This document shows positions 34,700 to 35,714 of a DNA stretch of 35,714 bases, piece after piece (the stretch's first letter is position 1; every line of letters starts with the position of its first letter). The translations under genes and the position numbers were made by a program. This stretch comes from Nemertoderma westbladi (lineage: Eukaryota > Animalia > Xenacoelomorpha). The stretch covers positions 1 to 35,714 of the forward strand of contig JAUCBJ010006465.1 in NCBI GenBank assembly GCA_032718475.1, given 5' to 3'. The notes beneath the pieces were generated by a model. It was not told the origin of the DNA and ran no database searches. It saw nothing but the letters and a program-made list of their open reading frames with translations.

Positions 34700-35714
34700 T
34701 TATTCCCAATGCAAACAGATACTTCGGAAAATGTGAAGGGCTTCTGTGTGGTTTCGTGGTGGGTACTGAAATCCATAGTTTGCACACACGTACATGCAAT
34801 AAGCATGGGTGTTTTCTGGAATCGAGACATCAGTATTACCCAGATCTCCATTTACTGTATCAATATGTAGCCTATTCACTCTGAGTTCTAAATCAGCAAC
34901 TCCTCCTCGTGGAGTTGGAACGTAATAATTCACAAGTGGTCTGCCTGAAACTGTGTAAAAACGTGACCTACGTATGTAATGCGAATTCCAGTTATTGCAA
35001 ATATCATTTAACTGATTCTGAATGAGGTCCGAAAATGCAAACCACATAATGTTGCGATGGTGCGTTATTGCAGGATTGTAGATCCCTATCTCTACAATGT
35101 CTTTAAAATAGTTGATCCACCAGTTCGACCACGCTTTCCTTAATATGGACCAATATGCTTCAATTCGTTGGTTGTGAGTGGATGTCACATACCGGTGAGT
35201 GGTGTGGTCTTGTCTGAAGTTGCACTGTGCAGCTGCCATGATGCCATTTTCGGTCCCACAATCAATCTCGAGACGTACTGGGCAACCAAACTGGTCCACT
35301 GCATCAGTGAAAAATCCACATATGATATTGGGTTCATTGTTGGTTCTGGTCACCTTCAACCATATCACCATCCTGGACCATCCGTCAATGCAGCTGTGGA
35401 TTGGGAAGCCAAATGGTTTTAAATTATCGTAACCATCGGCATGCCACGCTGCATTGGGTCTGCGATTCGAATATATGCATCATTGCATTTTATGCTTACG
35501 CCTCAGGGTTGATGTCATGTAAAATACGCTGACATTATTCCACGAAACGGAATGTCCATTGCTCGTCAAATAAGCCCAGACTTGCCTGTAACTCGAAGAA
35601 GACCCATGTCCGTCAATTATGGTTCTAATTTCATGCTCGATAACTGTCAGGTCTTGATTTCGGTTCCTTCTCACTAATCCCATGTCCCGTAATCTGCGCC
35701 GGAGTGTTCGTTTT
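34700..35714 (-). pseudogene. Integrase-core DDE transposase (IS3EU-like DNA transposon), disrupted, continues beyond the window
   Basis: One frame reads Y...PNAAWHADGYDNLKPFGFPIHSCIDGWSR..IWL.V..TNN.P...IDCGTEN...NQRIEAYWS...WNSHYIR, with an in-frame TGA at 35480-35482. The superfamily name is from recall. Confidence 0.8.

Overview
AT-rich metazoan (invertebrate-like) genomic DNA. One host gene runs on the minus strand: an OFA/oxalate:formate-antiporter-like MFS transporter. I could splice seven of its coding exons in frame (30886 to 4212); its first exon is not visible and may lie beyond the window. Most of the remaining sequence is transposable elements. The 19.4-kb intron holds a 17.1-kb BEL/Pao LTR retrotransposon (12163-29259, TAGAG target-site duplication, ~1.1-kb LTRs). 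It has lost protease and RT but carries a degenerate ~2.2-kb extra ORF at the env position, preceded by structured non-coding blocks. Nested in it are a piggyBac-like MITE and a ~722-bp tandem array inserted in a (TA)n tract. Each array unit contains all hammerhead-ribozyme core motifs (CUGAUGA, GUA, GAAA) in a strand order that is not one of the three circular permutations, so a single unit would have to fold as a pseudoknot. A diverged relative at 32244-32291 shows compensatory changes consistent with that fold. This is the most novel-looking signal, but it rests on manual pairing only. Also present: a related solo LTR, CR1/L2 and HERO-like LINE fragments, a MULE-like MITE, an IS3EU-like integrase-core pseudogene and several minisatellites. 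All calls are by eye; no database searches or folding programs were run.
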